From assembly GCA_950097015.1 (NCBI GenBank), contig CATNEN010000038.1, positions 2,666,001 to 2,730,000 of the forward strand: a stretch of 64,000 bases of DNA, written 5' to 3'. Positions 60,201 through 64,000 of the stretch are shown here, in pieces. Each line of letters begins with the position of its first letter. Position 1 is the stretch's first letter. Origin of the DNA: Macrostomum hystrix. Lineage: Eukaryota; Animalia; Platyhelminthes. A program made the translations under genes and the position numbers. Under the pieces are notes generated by a model. The model saw only the letters and a list, made by a program, of their open reading frames with translations. It was not told the origin of the DNA and searched no databases.

Positions 60201-62375
60201 TGGTGAGCTCCGGGTTGGACGGCACCACGTAGGCCACCAGGAACTTGTCCTCACCTTCGGCGCCTTTCACCAGCACTACACAGGCATTCACGAGGCCGCT
60301 GTCCAGCAGGGCGGCCTCGATGGCTTGCACCTCGACAGAGTAGCCGCGGATCTTCACCATGCTGTCGCAGCGGCCGCAGATCTCCAGGCTGCTGTCGGAC
60401 AGCAGGTAGCCCCAGTCGCCCGTGCGGTAGAGCCGCTCCTGGTCCGGCTGGCAGCCGCCGCTCAAAGCTTTCGGCGCCTGAATGAACTTGCTGCGGTTCA
60501 GGTCCGGCCGCTTCACGTAGCCCTTGGCCAGGGTGGGACCAGCCACGTAGATCTGTGCAGGGTCGATTGCAGTTCGATTCATTTCGATGATGGATTTTGA
60601 TTTCGGAGGGATTTTTATGGATGTCATATGGCGGCGCATGTTCATAAATACGATGCGAATCATTTTATCCCCCGTCGGATATACGTATTTTGTTACGTGT
60701 GAAGTTTGCTTACTAAGGACTGCCTGTTCGAACTACTCCGCATATAATGTATAGTAGCACCGATTGAGCAACGCGAGTGTGCTTTTAGTTGTTAGATGTA
60801 CAGCTAAGCATAGCATTACATAAGCAAAGCATTAAGTGATGGATGTACTACATAACCGTCCCGCATTTGTGCTCAACCTGACCTCTCCGGCTGCTCCAAC
60901 TGGCTGCGGGTTGAGCTCGCTGTCCAGGATGACGACTCGAACTCCGGGCAGCAGCCAGCCGACTGGGCAGAACTTTCGCCTCTCCTCAGGCCGGCGCTGG
61001 ATGCGCTTATAGTACTCGGTCAGGTCGCAGGCAGCAACGTCGTGGCACTCGGAGATGCTGTACAGGTTGATGACTCGAGTTGTCGGGAGTAGCGTTTGGC
61101 AGCGTTCCAGCAGGCTGGTGGTGACCACCTCACCGCAGAGCCAGATTTGTCTGATTATTATTAAATTGGTTTAACCAATCTACGTCAAATATTCACAGGA
61201 TTTTTGATTGATCTACTCAACTCAACAATCTGAAGCCTCTAAGTCTAGATACCGATTGATTTTGCTCCGAGACTTACTTAAGACTGGCGCAGGCCTCCCG
61301 CACTCCGGCGGCCTCGGAGTCCAGCACGGTCTCCAGCAGTGATGGCGTGAAGAGCATCCTCGTGATGCGATTTCGCCGCATATAATCCAGCAGCTTCGGC
61401 GGATCGTAGATCACATCGTCCGGGATGACAAACAGGCACTGGCCCTTCATCAGCGGCCGGAGCATTTCCCAAACGAAGAAAACGTTGCAGGCCTCACGTT
61501 CTGGCCCGTCAGACTCGTCGTAGGGATAGGTCACATGACGCCAGTGGTAGGAGAAGACGGCGCCGCGGTGCGGCATGCCGATGCCCTTCGGCTTGCCCGT
61601 TGTGCCGCTGGAGTACACGATGAAGGCCAGGGCATCGAGATCGACCGTCACGGGCACGCAGCTGGTGTCGCAGCGCAGCTCTTCGAGGTCGCGCCGCCAG
61701 TCGTCGTTGAAGACCCAAGCCAGGCTGCGCGCCGACTCCGGCAAGCGGTTAAGAAGGCCCGGCTTGGTCAGCACCGCTCGTGGCTCGGCGTCGGACAGGA
61801 CACTCTCGATTAGCGATTCCGGGTACGACAGGTCCATGGGGAGGTAGGCCCCGCCTGATGAGATTTGAACAAGAGAGGTCGCCTCATAGTACTTATAGTA
61901 GAGAGAATATATTGTCTAACTATTTGTTGTGATTGCTGAGAATAGTTGCGCATTGTGAAGCGTAAAAAAACTTTGGAGCTCGTGCTGAAGCTGTTCTGGA
62001 CTAGTCCGGTCCTCGATAATGTAAATTTGCAGATTAAAACTTATTTTTCGGGTGCGTATTTTTTGTGAGCAATGTAGCTGAGTCTAGAGTTCACTCACCG
62101 GCCTTGAGAATGGCAATATAGGCCACAACGTACTCAATGCAGCGCTCCATGTAGATGATGCCGCACTGCTCAACATCCACACCTTTGAGCCGTAGCTCAG
62201 CGGCCAGCTTGCTGGACAGCTGGTCGAGCTCGGCGTATGTCAGCTGACTGCCGGAGCCGTCCGACACCGCGACGCGGTCCGGTGTCAGCTGGGCCTGACG
62301 GCAGAACTGAGCGTGCAGACTGCCAACGGTCTGGTACGCATCCGCCGCCGATTGAGTCGTCGACTGAGTCGGCAT
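54258..62375 (-). CDS. NRPS-like A-T-R-R multidomain reductase (glycine betaine reductase ATRR-like), ~1312 aa, 12 exons: 62375-62099, 61854-61278, 61150-60883, 60552-60125, 60043-59858, 58690-58472, 58074-57764, 57607-57492, 57415-57095, 56260-55715, 55377-54859, 54428-54258
   Basis: A domain: LTYAEL, LKAGGAYLPMD, YSSGTTGKPKG, NLYSISE, GEIYVAGPTLAKGY, YRTGD, GRCDSMVKIRGYSVE, LPFYMIP, VGKLNK. T domain: FFDYGG|HSLLA. Thioester reductase: LLTGATGFLG, GYSQTKWVAE. SDR: VTGASSGIG, LVNSAG, NLSS, YTGSK, PGDV. Exons total 3939 nt, GT-AG, no stops. Confidence 0.93.
54488..54825 (+). mobile_element. Degenerate SINE family B copies in the last intron of the ATRR-like gene
   Basis: GGTTGTAGCCTAGTGG...GGATTCGAATCC and TCCATGGACTGAACAGCTG. 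Confidence 0.65.
56320..56920. repeat. 21-bp minisatellite (GGTGTGACGTTTGGTTCTACA) with embedded 29-bp CAGATCCTCAACTTGAGCAGCC units (56460-56550)
   Basis: Seen directly; intron 9 of the ATRR-like gene. Confidence 0.85.
58180..58420. repeat. ~29-bp minisatellite (CCCAGATCCTCAACTTGAGCAGCCCCACT), ATRR-like intron 6
   Basis: Seen directly. Confidence 0.85.
58770..59250. mobile_element. Tail-to-tail SINE family A copies (58770-58940 +, 58965-59250 -) in ATRR-like intron 5
   Basis: GAGTTCGAATCC...GATGAGAAAGTCAGG on +; reverse copy with CTTTCTCATCGTCAGGCAGTG and GGAATCGAGCTC. Confidence 0.7.
59297..59879 (-). repeat. 11 x 53-bp tandem repeat made of the exon-5 3' end plus 5' splice site of the ATRR-like gene
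   Basis: Unit on the - strand: AGAGCTTCTTCGACTATGGCGG|GTGAGGCCTGGCTGTGTTGATGATGAAGCGG. The first copy overlaps the real exon/intron junction. Confidence 0.95.
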
Positions 62376-64000
62376 ATTAATTTAGGACTGCTGTGGCTTT
62401 GAGTGCTTGCAGTTTACTGGTCAATGCTGGACTGCTTGGGGCGCGAGCTTATAAACTCAAGGCCTATAGTTGGGTAGGGAATAGAATCCGTGCCAGAGTT
62501 TGAAGGACGGCGGTGCCAATTGAGGTGGGGTTAGCACTGCGAGTTGCTTGAGGTCACCTTTCAGGATAGGCGGCACGCGAAATGAGGAGAAAGCTGTACA
62601 AGAATTTTCGTCCCAGGCTGTACAGTTCTTCGTGCGCTTATGCTCAAGAGGATAGGAAGCGAACTCACTAGCTGCTGCTCATTAGGAATTTGTTCTTATC
62701 AGTGAAGTAGCTTCACAGAACAATTTGTCGGGGCATTGGTTGGACTCGTATAGGACTTTATAGCTGGTTTTATGTAAGAGTTGTTCAAGTGCTTTCAGCT
62801 TGTTTTTAAGCAGACCTGAAAAATGTAAAGATAAATAAATAAATGTTTACATGTATCGTTAGAAAACTTGCTCTGAAGAATTTTGAAGCTCAAAGATAAA
62901 ATCTTGAGAGACGGTTCCACCTCAAACACGACCTTAGCTAAAACGCGGGTGATTATTCAGCTTTCCAATGTAACAAAAGCTTTGAAAATGGGTTAAATGA
63001 AACGAAAGTTATTCGTGTTTTTCTTCTGATCGTGAATCGGAATTTCTGTCCTGAGTATATCGTGGACAGCCATGCAGTCGGACTCTTCTGGTCCTGACAA
63101 TCGGACTCTGCATGGTGGGGATTCTACATACAGAGCTCCATGGCAAGAGATCCTATAGTGCCGGGCGCTGTTTTTTCTGCCAAGTCACGGTTCTGTCGGG
63201 CCTGGGGAATTATAGTTTTTGTTATCTTGCGAGCAGGTCCGACATTGAGCTAGCCTGCTCACCAGTTCACTCTCCGGCAACTTTGAGTTTTACACACTGC
63301 ACAGTAGCTGCACGCAACACTTCAACCATTCAAGTAAATAGAGGGCAAAGTCCAAAGCACCTGCAGTCAGCTCTTTTGCTTTACTTCTTTGTTTTAGCAA
63401 GTTGACAATTCTTGTTTTATTTATTAACGCACGAAAATTTATAAAACTAGCTTAAATTTTATAAGGGCCAACTTAATTTTTATGCTAACATTAACCCTTT
63501 GAATTTCATGTCAGGACTTAGAGTCCATGCGCGTGTCCCTCTGGCCCAGTACAGGACTTCCTTTGCTTCATCTCTCCAGTTATCTCACCAATTTTCTTAT
63601 CTGTTCTGTCTCATCTCACTTTATCATGTCTCTTCTTTTTATCTCTTATCTCTGCTCGTGTCTAGTCTCTTTTTGTATCTACTGTCTTATTATTCACCTT
63701 TCTATCTCTTCACTGGCTGTCATCTCTCCCGTGTCTTTCTTCCGTGTCTTGATTTTGGCTTAACACTCTTCGATCTGACTAGCGTAATTGGATGTGTACA
63801 AGTACTTGTAAATCAACAGTTGACATTTTGTATCATTCTACTATACAATATTGAGTAGCTCTACCCCGCTCAGAAAATACCTCACTCAAAGCGACTGAAT
63901 CCCCATTTAGTAAATTGTTCCCAGATTGGCAAAGCCACTTAATTTGTATATACTGTCTCTATACTATGTTACTACGAGTACTATGTTAGTTGTATACAAT

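Noticed and set aside
54192-61847. Plus-strand ORFs overlapping the ATRR-like gene
   Set aside because: Antisense shadows of GC-rich coding exons with no recognisable motifs.
54258-62375. Bacterial or fungal contamination, or a Lys2/Ebony/AASDH ortholog
   Set aside because: Eleven spliceosomal introns contain host SINEs. The extra C-terminal SDR and the FFVWE motif do not fit Lys2 (A-T-R), Ebony or AASDH (PQQ repeats).
36972-62375. Biosynthetic gene cluster linking the GT32 pair and the NRPS-like gene
   Set aside because: They are separated by unrelated C18orf32 and MEF2 genes and transposons, with no PPTase, transporter or tailoring genes. Proximity alone is insufficient.

Overview
Eukaryotic (metazoan) genomic DNA with GT-AG introns, many intronic minisatellites, tRNA-derived SINEs and nested MITEs. 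The style resembles a repeat-rich flatworm such as Macrostomum; this is inference, not verified. Gene models were spliced by hand. Left to right: the 5' end of a DEG/ENaC channel (-, runs off the left edge); an unknown 5-exon gene (-) head-to-head with a complete 15-exon conventional protein kinase C (+); a low-complexity, possibly GPATCH2-like gene; a 2.9-kb 31-bp satellite; a secreted PAN/C-type lectin; two tandem GT32 glycosyltransferases sharing a near-identical tract; nested DNA transposons; a C18orf32/UPF0729 homolog; a short MEF2; and an intact 12-exon, ~1312-aa NRPS-like enzyme (-). That enzyme has the A-T-R-R architecture of fungal glycine betaine reductase (ATRR) and is the main highlight. 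The intron that splits its phosphopantetheine motif carries 11 tandem copies of the exon end plus splice donor. Several other intronic arrays also look built from splice signals.
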